This document shows, piece by piece, positions 1-7,850 of a stretch of DNA of 64,000 nucleotides; positions within the stretch are counted from its first letter, which is position 1; every line of letters begins with the position of its first letter. Below the pieces are notes generated by a model, which searched no databases, had not been told where the DNA came from, and worked only from the letters and a program-made list of their open reading frames with translations. The position numbers and the translations under genes were made by a program. Location of the stretch: NCBI GenBank assembly GCA_964626205.1, contig CAZVED010000001.1, positions 961 to 64,960 on the forward strand. Direction: 5' to 3'. The DNA is from an uncultured Gammaproteobacteria bacterium (GTDB taxonomy: Bacteria > Patescibacteriota > Patescibacteriia > SG8-24).

Positions 1-1
1 C

Positions 2-184
2 ATGACGCATCTACACCGCATGGAAGAGCCGTACCGCGAGGCGCTGATGTTGCGCTATCTCGAAGGTCTCGGTCCGCAGGAGATCGCCGAGGTTTGCGGA
101 GAGAAGGAGAACGCCGTTTCCGTCCGCATCAACCGCGGACTCAAGAAGCTCCGTGCCGCGTTCGATGCGGCGCCGAGCGCGTGA
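2..184 (+). CDS. sigma-70/ECF-family RNA polymerase sigma factor, C-terminal (region 4) fragment; 5' end lies outside the window
   Basis: 60-aa tail YREALMLRYLEGLGPQEIAEVCGEKENAVSVRINRGLKKLR matches the sigma-70 region 4 HTH; stop at 182-184; followed 7 nt later by a DUF5667 gene, as in the second pair at 19.5 kb. Confidence 0.7.
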   Translation: MTHLHRMEEPYREALMLRYLEGLGPQEIAEVCGEKENAVSVRINRGLKKLRAAFDAAPSA

Positions 185-190
185 ACCCCT

Positions 191-1873
191 ATGTCTATGG
201 AAGACTTGCTCGGACAACTCAAGGGTCACACCGACACGGTTCGCATGACTGCCGACGAGAAATCGGCGATGCGTTCGCGTCTTTCGGAGTACATGGCGCT
301 GCGTCCGGTAAGGAGTGTTGCGCCGATGCGTCATGGTACGGCGAAGACCAGAATGATTTCTAACCTTTTTGCCCGACCTATGCCGATTCTTGCAGCTATC
401 CTTTCCTTGATGCTTGCCGGTGGCGGTGTTTCCTACGCTGCCGAAGGAGCGATGCCTGGAGACACGTTGTACCCCGTGAAGGTCCGCGTGAACGAAGAAG
501 TCCGCGCCGCTTTGACGCTCGATGCCGAAGCGAAGGCACAGTGGGAGACTGCTCGCGCCGAGCGGCGTCTCAACGAAACGCGCGCATTGCTCGAGGCGGA
601 TGCCGCCACGCCGGAACTGCTCGACAAGCTGGAGGCGCGTTTCGATGCGCACGAGGAACGCATCGAGTCCGTCATTACGAAGATCGAGGAGAAAAAGGGC
701 CCGGAGGTCGCTGCACGCATCAGCTCGCAGTTGGAGGCCTCGCTTGCGGCGCACAAGGCCATTCTTGAGAAGCTGTCTGCTGGAGTGGATGTCGACGTGA
801 AGGCGGAATTCGACGCAGCATTCGCGGCCGAAGGGATTGTCGCGAAGGTCGGACAAGCTTCTGAGCGCGCCAAGGAGGTACGCGAGCGCACCGAGAAGGA
901 TGTTCATGATGAGCAGGCCGCGCGTCGTGCTGCCGCGCTCGCAAACGTGAAGCTTCGTGTCGCAGCGGACATGGAGGCGAAGTTTTTCGCGCGCCTCGGA
1001 GGAGAAACCGGAGGCATCGGCGAGCGCGTGCTGTTGGGGCTCCAGGAGTCCATCGCAGCGGCAAAGCGCTTCATCGCCGTGGGTGATGGAGCGATGGAGG
1101 ATGGAGCGTTCAATGACGCGTTCCGCGCCTACAATGAGGCGATTCGCGAACTGCGCGGCGCGGAGATCTTTGCGGAAGGTGGCCATGTCGTCGCTGCCGT
1201 GAAGAAGGAAGTCGTCGTAGAGGATGAGCAAGAAGAGAAAGCTCGTATTGAGGTGAAAGTGAAGGACGGTGATGACCAGGCTGCCGTGAAGTTGCCAGTG
1301 AAGCTTCCGGTGAAGGACGTCGTCGTCGATGTTGATGTTGCTGCGCGATACCGTGCTGATGGAAAGCGTGTCGTTGCGGTATCGGAATCGGAGAAACTGC
1401 GTGCTCGCATCGATGGGTACGCCCGCGAGGGGCACACATGGACGGCTGGCAAGGATGCGCATACCGCCGCGCTCGGAATCATTGCTCAAGGGGATGCGCA
1501 GTTCGCGGCCAAGAAGTTCGATGCCGCTTTCGAGTCGTTCTACCAGGCGTATTCCAAGGCGAACGGAGCGCTTGGCATGTACGTTTACGCCCCGAAGGAG
1601 GAATCGGTGAAAGACACGTCGTCTGTTGATGCTGATGCTCGTGCTCGCGCCGAGATGAAGCGTGGATACGCCATGGACGCCATCGCGAACTATGAGAAGA
1701 CCATCGCGTATAAGATCGACGCAGTCGGCGAGAATCATGAGTTCGTTATCGCGCTCCGTGTCAACTTGGCGAGCGCAGAGGACTTTGTCGCGGAAGGGGA
1801 CGCGAAGTTCTCCGCAGGCTCGTATGATGCGGCCTATGAGAGCTATCTCGCGGTCTGGTCCGTGCTCAAATAG
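191..1873 (+). CDS. membrane-anchored DUF5667-type protein, putative anti-sigma factor
   Basis: short cytoplasmic N-terminus, one TM (PMPILAAILSLMLAGGGVSYAA), then the GDTLYPVK...ARAERRLNE motif shared with ORF 20041..21096; long coiled-coil/low-complexity region and C-terminal TPR-like repeats (FDAAFESFYQAY, YDAAYESYLAVW). Confidence 0.6.
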   Translation: MSMEDLLGQLKGHTDTVRMTADEKSAMRSRLSEYMALRPVRSVAPMRHGTAKTRMISNLFARPMPILAAILSLMLAGGGVSYAAEGAMPGDTLYPVKVRVNEEVRAALTLDAEAKAQWETARAERRLNETRALLEADAATPELLDKLEARFDAHEERIESVITKIEEKKGPEVAARISSQLEASLAAHKAILEKLSAGVDVDVKAEFDAAFAAEGIVAKVGQASERAKEVRERTEKDVHDEQAARRAAALANVKLRVAADMEAKFFARLGGETGGIGERVLLGLQESIAAAKRFIAVGDGAMEDGAFNDAFRAYNEAIRELRGAEIFAEGGHVVAAVKKEVVVEDEQEEKARIEVKVKDGDDQAAVKLPVKLPVKDVVVDVDVAARYRADGKRVVAVSESEKLRARIDGYAREGHTWTAGKDAHTAALGIIAQGDAQFAAKKFDAAFESFYQAYSKANGALGMYVYAPKEESVKDTSSVDADARARAEMKRGYAMDAIANYEKTIAYKIDAVGENHEFVIALRVNLASAEDFVAEGDAKFSAGSYDAAYESYLAVWSVLK

Positions 1874-1897
1874 GGATTTTCGTCCATTCTGCATCGT

Positions 1898-1932
1898 GAA
1901 AACCGGACGGGGTATCCCGTCCGGTTTTCGTA
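1898..1932 (+). terminator. rho-independent terminator
   Basis: AAAACCGGACGG-ggtatc-CCGTCCGGTTTTCG hairpin plus T-run just after the stop at 1873. Confidence 0.6.
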
Positions 1933-1956
1933 TCTGGTCCTGATGACGGCAGCGCG

Positions 1957-2442
1957 GTGGCCATGCTATACTGCTCCCATATGCGAACCAAGCGACATGA
2001 TTCCTGGTTGAATGAATTCACGGTTTTCGGCACGTTCATTGCCGTCAGCTTCGTCGGTTTCCTGTACGTCGGCACGATGTTTGTCTTTGGCGGCAAGGGC
2101 GGTTTCGATGCGTCGGGGATGGAAATGGTCACCGCTCCGACCGTCGGCGCGTACCATGAAGATGCGCGAAGCGTCATGGAGCCGTTTTTTGGCGTCGCTG
2201 GTCAGTTGACCGTCGACGATATTGATGGGGTTCGGGAGGAGCTGCTCACTATCGTTGAAACGACACAAGGACGCCTCATCGACCTGCGCGTCCCGTCGGA
2301 GGAGCGCGAAGCGCATCTCGCTCTCGTGCTGCTCATGGAGCAGTGGAAACGCGTCCTTCCGGATGCGGATACTGAGCAGTACGCGGAGGCGTTCGTGCGC
2401 ACCCAGGATTTCGTCGTCGCGCATCCGTGGATCACTCCGTGA
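1957..2442 (+). CDS. hypothetical membrane-associated protein (alternative start at 1981)
   Basis: ORF with one hydrophobic segment (FTVFGTFIAVSFVGFLYVGTMFVF); no recognisable family; TGACGG-17-TATACT promoter-like motif at 1944-1972 suggests the later ATG at 1981. Confidence 0.4.
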   Translation: MAMLYCSHMRTKRHDSWLNEFTVFGTFIAVSFVGFLYVGTMFVFGGKGGFDASGMEMVTAPTVGAYHEDARSVMEPFFGVAGQLTVDDIDGVREELLTIVETTQGRLIDLRVPSEEREAHLALVLLMEQWKRVLPDADTEQYAEAFVRTQDFVVAHPWITP

Positions 2443-2456
2443 GTGCATAGGATTGT

Positions 2457-3173
2457 ATGACGCGCATCGATCCGCAAGGACCGGGCGTCCCGCTCCGGGA
2501 TGGCTCTGCCGGAACCACCTCGCGCGCGAGTGGTGTCCGCGTATGGGGGTGTGGCGGATGCGCGCTCCTGTTCTTGTTCGCGAGCGCGTTCGCCGTGTTC
2601 GCGGCAGTGTATGTCGTGGCGAAGGTCGGCGCCGTTCGCGTGCCGGTGCTGTCACAGGTGGTATATCGTCCGGTGGACCCCGTTCGGGACGTGGCTGAGC
2701 TATCAGGCTATTCCGTGCAGGACGTGCTCGCATCAGTCGGAGCCCGTGCGCGTTTTAACGCCGGAACCGGCGAAATCTCGTCTTTCATCGGCGAGGAAGA
2801 GCTGACGACGCTCGTCGCGAAGGGTCTCCGTGAGACAGGGGACGGGACGTCATCCTTGGACGATGTCCAGGTCGCTATCGGTAGGGACGGTCTTGAGTTC
2901 TCTGGGACGCTTGCCGCATGGGATGGTGGTACCTTGCCGGTCATCATCCGCGCGACGCCTTCCGTGAAGGATGGCGCGCTCGTGATTGATGTCGCGCGCG
3001 TGGCACTCGGGTCGCTCGAATTGCCGCGGTTCGCCGTGTCTGCGCTGTTCGCTGCTGCAGGGGAGTCTTTCGTCCGTGCGATGAATGAGGCGCTGGCGGA
3101 CGTGGGAAGACTGCGCGGGATCGTTTTGGAGGAGGGGAGGATGAATATACGTCTTTCACCGCACGCACAATGA
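2457..3173 (+). CDS. hypothetical protein with N-terminal TM anchor
   Basis: ORF with one TM (ALLFLFASAFAVFAAVYVVAKV); no antisense gene; stop overlaps next start (ATGA at 3170). Confidence 0.4.
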   Translation: MTRIDPQGPGVPLRDGSAGTTSRASGVRVWGCGGCALLFLFASAFAVFAAVYVVAKVGAVRVPVLSQVVYRPVDPVRDVAELSGYSVQDVLASVGARARFNAGTGEISSFIGEEELTTLVAKGLRETGDGTSSLDDVQVAIGRDGLEFSGTLAAWDGGTLPVIIRATPSVKDGALVIDVARVALGSLELPRFAVSALFAAAGESFVRAMNEALADVGRLRGIVLEEGRMNIRLSPHAQ

Positions 3174-3994
3174 CGCCGATTACTGTCGATAAACGAGGAA
3201 AATTTCCGGAATTCGTCCGTTCGGCGATTCCTGGCACGACGGCACTTCTTGTCGTCGCGGGATTCCTGTTCACGGAACGCATTCCCGTGCTGGATGTTGA
3301 TGTGAAGGAAGCGTTACTGCTTCTTCCTGCTGCGTATGTCGTCGCGGTCATTGCTGCCGCAGTCGTCATCTTGCATCGTCGAGGGACGGGACTTCGGGAG
3401 ATTGCGCGGGAATCCGCAACGGCCGTCTTGCTCGGTGTTGGTGCGTACGGTCATTTTCTCATTACGGGAAGTCGTTTTGCGCGGCTCGCCATCCTCGCCG
3501 TCGTCGCCGTGCTCCTCGTCATGTATCTCCGGGAAATCGCCTATGCGGAACGCGTCGGTCATGACGAGGAGGACGTCCGGGCGTTTGCGGCGTTCAGCGC
3601 AGCGCTGCATGCGCTCATCGCGTTCTTCCTTTCCGCGACCGCTTTCGCTTTCGTGAGTCTTTTACAGGCGCCTGCATGGCCGCTCGCGCTTGCCATCGGT
3701 GCCGTCACCGTGTTTCTGACGAAAGAGGTCTTGCGCCGTCATGGCGTTACCGCAGGAACGTTGTCGATCAGTATTGTCTGCGGTGTGCTCGCCACTGAGG
3801 CGTTTTGGGGCATCGCGGCACTCCCGACTCCGTTCGTGGCGAATGCCGCCGTCTTTACGATTCTTGTCGCCGTCGCGCAGCAAGTCGTCCTTCGCTCCAT
3901 GCGCCCGACGGAGCCGCAGTCGGCACTTCGACGTCTCGTCGTCGTATCGGCTATACTGATAGTGATACTCTTGGTAACCGCACGTTGGCGGTAA
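3170..3994 (+). CDS. polytopic integral membrane protein, unknown function
   Basis: about 7 hydrophobic helices across 274 aa; translationally coupled to the upstream ORF. Confidence 0.5.
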   Translation: MTPITVDKRGKFPEFVRSAIPGTTALLVVAGFLFTERIPVLDVDVKEALLLLPAAYVVAVIAAAVVILHRRGTGLREIARESATAVLLGVGAYGHFLITGSRFARLAILAVVAVLLVMYLREIAYAERVGHDEEDVRAFAAFSAALHALIAFFLSATAFAFVSLLQAPAWPLALAIGAVTVFLTKEVLRRHGVTAGTLSISIVCGVLATEAFWGIAALPTPFVANAAVFTILVAVAQQVVLRSMRPTEPQSALRRLVVVSAILIVILLVTARWR

Positions 3995-4003
3995 CAATGC
4001 CCT

Positions 4004-5143
4004 ATGCCGTTTTTCGGGAAGAAGACCGATCATAACGCCCTCATTTCTCCGCTCTTGCTGAGCGTGGTATTCGGGCTTGCTGCCGGCGGTGTCGGGACGT
4101 TGCTTGTTACCGCGTCGTTGCCGAATCCTGAGCCCATGCTCTCCATCGTCCGCCCTGTGTACCGCATTCCGGGAGCATCCGGTGACACGATGGCCCCGGA
4201 GCAGGCCACCGCAGCGAATCCGTCAGCGCTCGTTTTCCGGGCGAAAGACGGCGCGTCGATCGTCGAGCGCGCGTACGTTCCGGCGCAGGCGCTCGGCTCG
4301 GCGATGTTACTCACCTCCGACGGATGGCTAGTGTCCACGGATGCGGTCTTCACTGCCGCCGTCCGTTCGGCACTTCCGTCATATCGCGTCGTTTTCGATC
4401 ACGTCGCGTATGCCGTCACCGATGCTGTGGTCGACCCGTTCACCGGCATCGTTTTTCTCAAGATTGACGGACGGAACCTTCCGGTCACCGCGTTTCGCGG
4501 CGGTCTTGATTTGCAGGCGGGGAGCGCTGTGTTCGGATTTGATGTCGGTGGCAGTCCGCGCAAGTTCGATGTCGTAGGATACGATGCCGTTCCTGCCGCG
4601 TCGTCAGCGGAACTCGTTCGAAGTTCGGAGCGCTTGCAGCGTTTGCTCCGCTTGTCCGGTTCTGGCGGAGCTGTTCCGTCGGGATCCGTCGTCGTGGACG
4701 CGTCCGGTGAGGCGGTGGCAATTTTCTTGCACGATGACGCGTTCGGCTCCGTCGCTGTTCCTTTCGCAGTGTTCAGCGGGCAAATCGGTTCGGTGTTGCG
4801 GGGCCAGAAGACGCATCGTCCGTATCTCGGCGTGAAGTACGTCGATCTTTCCCGTACGCTTGGTGCGGCAACCGTTGGCATGCGGCCGCGTGGTGCGCTC
4901 GTGACGGCTGGCACCGACGGTTCGTTGGCTGTGCAGCGCAGGAGTCCAGCGGACGACGCAGGTATTCTCGCGGGCGACCGTATCCTTGCGGTGAATGGGG
5001 AGGAGCTCGGAGCGCGGACGGCATTGGCCGATCTCATCGCGGAGTATGCGCCCGGAAGCGTCCTGACGCTGACGGTGCGTCGCGGACCTGACGCAACGCC
5101 GACCGATCTCGCCATCCAAGTGACGCTTGGCGTGGCGCCATGA
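4004..5143 (+). CDS. HtrA-like PDZ-domain protein (trypsin-like fold, probably catalytically degenerate), N-terminal TM
   Basis: C-terminal PDZ motif (GMRPRGALVTAG...DAGILAGDRILAVNGEEL); upstream region aligns by eye to the HtrA protease core (LSGSGGAV vs GNSGGPL) but the His and Asp positions read A and G. Confidence 0.55.
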   Translation: MPFFGKKTDHNALISPLLLSVVFGLAAGGVGTLLVTASLPNPEPMLSIVRPVYRIPGASGDTMAPEQATAANPSALVFRAKDGASIVERAYVPAQALGSAMLLTSDGWLVSTDAVFTAAVRSALPSYRVVFDHVAYAVTDAVVDPFTGIVFLKIDGRNLPVTAFRGGLDLQAGSAVFGFDVGGSPRKFDVVGYDAVPAASSAELVRSSERLQRLLRLSGSGGAVPSGSVVVDASGEAVAIFLHDDAFGSVAVPFAVFSGQIGSVLRGQKTHRPYLGVKYVDLSRTLGAATVGMRPRGALVTAGTDGSLAVQRRSPADDAGILAGDRILAVNGEELGARTALADLIAEYAPGSVLTLTVRRGPDATPTDLAIQVTLGVAP

Positions 5144-5206
5144 TTGACAGAGACCGTTTTTCGTGCTATCATCCGCAGTCATCAATGATTTCCTGAACGA
5201 CATCGT

Positions 5207-5851
5207 ATGCAAGAAGCCCAATACGTCGGCATGCTCCTGCTCGGATGGAAGCGCATCCTCGCTTTCGCTATCGTTTCCGCGCTCGTTGGCGGCGCGTTGA
5301 GCTTCCTGTTCCCGCTGCAGTACAGCTCCACGACACGTCTGCTCATCATTCAGCGCCAACTTTCGGGAGCGGATCCGTATACCGCCATCAAGGCGTCGGA
5401 GCGCATTTCGGACAACCTTTCCCAGGCCATCTATACGACCTCGTTCTTCGACAAGGTTCTTGAGACGGACTTCGACATCGACCGCACGGTATTCAAGGCT
5501 GACGAGCATAAGCGCCGCAAGCAGTGGGCGCAGATGATCGGTACGCAGGTCATGCGCGGGTCCGGCATGATCGTGCTCACCGTGTATCATGTCGACAAGG
5601 AGCAGGCCACGCAGATTGCGCGCGCCGTTGCGTATGTGCTCACGACCGAGGGGTGGCAGTATGTCGGCGGGGGAGACCTCGAGGTAAAGATCGTCGATCA
5701 GCCACTCCAGTCCCGCTTCCCGGTGAAGCCGAACATTCCGGCGAACGTGCTCATGGGCTTCGCACTCGGTCTCATTGCCGGTTCCGGGTATGTGCTTATG
5801 ACGAGTCAAAAGAAGGGGTTGTTCGGCATTCCGACACGCGAGACCTTTTAA
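5207..5851 (+). CDS. Wzz/chain-length-determinant-like membrane protein
   Basis: N-terminal LLGWKRILAFAIVSALVGGALSFLF TM with a Wzz-type start; second TM near the C-terminus (GFALGLIAGSGYVLM); soluble domain between. Confidence 0.45.
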   Translation: MQEAQYVGMLLLGWKRILAFAIVSALVGGALSFLFPLQYSSTTRLLIIQRQLSGADPYTAIKASERISDNLSQAIYTTSFFDKVLETDFDIDRTVFKADEHKRRKQWAQMIGTQVMRGSGMIVLTVYHVDKEQATQIARAVAYVLTTEGWQYVGGGDLEVKIVDQPLQSRFPVKPNIPANVLMGFALGLIAGSGYVLMTSQKKGLFGIPTRETF

Positions 5852-5880
5852 GCTCAGTCGAGCTCAAATAAGGAAGAAAT

Positions 5881-5908
5881 AAGCTCAGCCACATCGGCTG
5901 AGCTTATT
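5881..5908 (+). terminator. rho-independent terminator
   Basis: AAGCTCAGCC-acatc-GGCTGAGCTTATTCT hairpin after the stop at 5851. Confidence 0.5.
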
Positions 5909-5922
5909 CTGTACCAGCTTTT

Positions 5923-6020
5923 TGTCATTGCGAGTGGGACTGTACTCAGTCCCCGAAGCAATCTTTATTCATGAGGGGAGGGATTGCTTCGGGGTCGAGT
6001 ACGACCCACTCGCAATGACA
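5923..6020. repeat. family-B palindromic element (two inverted arms GTCATTGCGAG..CCGAAGCAATC around a 17-bp core)
   Basis: TGTCATTGCGAGTGGG...CCCCGAAGCAATC / GGATTGCTTCGGGG...CCCACTCGCAATGACA; same arm sequence at 18662, 19031, 19162, 21097 and 21286. Confidence 0.7.
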
Positions 6021-6032
6021 AGTTGAGTGGGT

Positions 6033-6090
6033 TAAGCTCAGAAGCTTGTCCGGCAGTATTGACAAAACCGTGTGTTCATGCTATAGTCGC
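6033..6090 (+). promoter_or_regulatory. sigma-70-type promoter module (TTGACA-17-TATAGT) with conserved upstream box TAAGCTCAGAAGCTTGTCCGGCAGT
   Basis: TTGACA at 6059-6064, 17-nt spacer, TATAGT at 6082-6087; the whole roughly 55-bp module is duplicated at 7656-7713. Confidence 0.5.
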
Positions 6091-6287
6091 AAGTTCATTG
6101 AAGCACGGAAACCGTCTGGTGAACCGCGATGTCGCCTCCTCCTAGTCGTCGCGGACTCATCAGCCGGTTTCCGGTGCTGCAAGGCATCGGTGGTGTTTTC
6201 ATCGGTTCGAGGATAGTCCTCGGCCGACCATGATGTGATTTGCCCGGACGGGCTTTGTTTGCCCGATGAGGGCGGAGGGTACTGAAC

Positions 6288-7478
6288 ATGAAGACGAACG
6301 TGTTGGTCCTGGTGGTTTCCTGCGTGCTCATGGCGATTGCCGCTCCCGCGATGGCGGACGAGCAAGCGCCTGTCGCGACAAGTCTCGCCGCGGAGTTCAC
6401 TCCCGAGCAGATCCGCAAGATCTGTCGGGACAATGGCTACGCCGTACGTATCGGCAACGCGCATCTCGAAGGTGGCGAAGCGGGATTCCCCGCAGCGCGC
6501 CCCGAGAACATGACGCCGGCTGCGACGGCCACGGCAACTGCGACCGTTTCGACGGGAGCAGAGAACTGCGGCGAGTGCTGCGATCGGCTGCAAAGCCAGA
6601 TCAACGCGCTCAAGGATGGTCTCGCGCGCTTCCGTGGGGAACGCGAGCGTCTCGAACGCCGTGTCATGCTGCTCGAGCGTAATCCGCGCCATGCGGATGC
6701 AGCGGCCTCCGTCCGCGTCGACCTCTCGGAAGTGAATGCTGCGCAAGCCGCATTCGTCGCCGAGGTGAACGCGCGTCTCGAGAGCGAGTTCGGTCGCATC
6801 AACGAGCGGTTCGCACGCGTGAAGCGCGTGAACGCTCGGCAGGATAGCGAGCTGCAGGCCTTGCGGGACGTCAATTCCCGTCAGGAGATCGCAATCGGCG
6901 TCATTGCCGATAACGATCACGTGCAGGACGCGCTCCTCGATGCGCAACACGACGTCGACCAGATGCAGAACGAGGAGATCTCGGATCTGCGCCGCGAACG
7001 AAAGTACGCGGAAGTCGGACTGAACGTCGGTGTCCTGACCCTCGCGGGCTGGGATTACACCAACGTGTCCGGCATGGTCGGCGGTCAGCTCGCGCTTCGT
7101 GTGGGCGGACGGTGGTACCTCATGGGTGCTCCGTCGCTGCTCATCACGGGCGGCAACCGTCCGTTCGGTGCCACGTTCCAACTCGGAGTCGGCTACGACC
7201 TCGTGGAGGACCGCGACAACAACGGCATCGTGGATTCGTCCTATGCCGCGGCGTCCGTCGAGTTCGGTGGCATGCTGACCTCCACGCTGATGAACAATCA
7301 GCTGGAAGGGAAGTACGTGACCGTCGAACCGACAGTCGGACTCGTGGTCCGGTTCGGGAACGGCTTCCGCGCTGGCGGGTACGTGCACGGCGGTCCTCGG
7401 ACCGATGTGAACGGCAACCTCGCTGCGACGATCGGAGGTATCCTGAACCTCGGCTACGACTTCGGCTCTCGTCACTGA
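6288..7478 (+). CDS. secreted coiled-coil protein with C-terminal Gly-rich beta domain
   Basis: signal peptide MKTNVLVLVVSCVLMAIAAPAMA; central heptad-like region (ERLERRVMLLERN..., NARLESEFGRINERFARVKRVNARQDSELQALRD); C-terminal Gly/aromatic-rich beta-like region; strong promoter upstream and terminator downstream. Confidence 0.6.
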   Translation: MKTNVLVLVVSCVLMAIAAPAMADEQAPVATSLAAEFTPEQIRKICRDNGYAVRIGNAHLEGGEAGFPAARPENMTPAATATATATVSTGAENCGECCDRLQSQINALKDGLARFRGERERLERRVMLLERNPRHADAAASVRVDLSEVNAAQAAFVAEVNARLESEFGRINERFARVKRVNARQDSELQALRDVNSRQEIAIGVIADNDHVQDALLDAQHDVDQMQNEEISDLRRERKYAEVGLNVGVLTLAGWDYTNVSGMVGGQLALRVGGRWYLMGAPSLLITGGNRPFGATFQLGVGYDLVEDRDNNGIVDSSYAAASVEFGGMLTSTLMNNQLEGKYVTVEPTVGLVVRFGNGFRAGGYVHGGPRTDVNGNLAATIGGILNLGYDFGSRH

Positions 7479-7520
7479 GAGCCGACGGAGGGGCGGTAAG
7501 CCCCTCCACACACTTCTTCC

Positions 7521-7553
7521 GGCAGCCTCTTCGTGAGGCTGCCGTTTGATTTT
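7521..7553 (+). terminator. rho-independent terminator
   Basis: GGCAGCCTC-ttcg-tGAGGCTGCC followed by GTTTGATTTT. Confidence 0.6.
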
Positions 7554-7633
7554 AAGCTGGATGCGGGTACCAAAATAAGGCGAAAACGAGGAATAAGCGG
7601 GAGGAAATAGGCTGGATGCGGGTACCAGCTTAA
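7552..7633 (-). repeat. family-A REP/BIME-like element (copy 1, reverse orientation)
   Basis: TTAAGCTGGATGCGGGTACC ... GGAAATAGGCTGGATGCGGGTACCAGCTTAA; reverse complement of the copies at 16551, 26753 and 28189. Confidence 0.8.
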
Positions 7634-7655
7634 ATATCTAAGCGAGCTTATCTTT

Positions 7656-7713
7656 TAAGCTCAAAAGTCTGTCTGGCAGTCTTGACAAACACCACGATTT
7701 ATGCTATAGTCAT
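7656..7713 (+). promoter_or_regulatory. sigma-70-type promoter module (TTGACA-17-TATAGT) with conserved upstream box, paralogue of 6033-6090
   Basis: TAAGCTCAAAAGTCTGTCTGGCAGTCTTGACA at 7656-7688, 17-nt spacer, TATAGT at 7705-7710. Confidence 0.5.
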
Positions 7714-7850
7714 CCGTTCAGTGAGAGGCCCTTGTCGGGAGTCTCGCAGAACACGAAGTGTGGTCTTTCCAAGTGAATCTCACGATGTCGGCCACGGTGG
7801 TCGATGTCTCAGGTTTTGATGCCTTCGGGCTTTTGCAACGGGAGATAGCA

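Noticed and set aside
11-1894. 627-aa ORF on the minus strand covering the whole DUF5667 gene
   Set aside because: It is antisense to a gene with clear TM and coiled-coil/TPR architecture. It has an Arg/Leu-rich composition typical of GC-driven spurious ORFs, and no motifs.
6081-7511. 476-aa minus-strand ORF opposite the secreted coiled-coil gene
   Set aside because: The plus-strand gene has a signal peptide, promoter and terminator. The antisense ORF has a low-complexity Arg/His/Asp-rich sequence.
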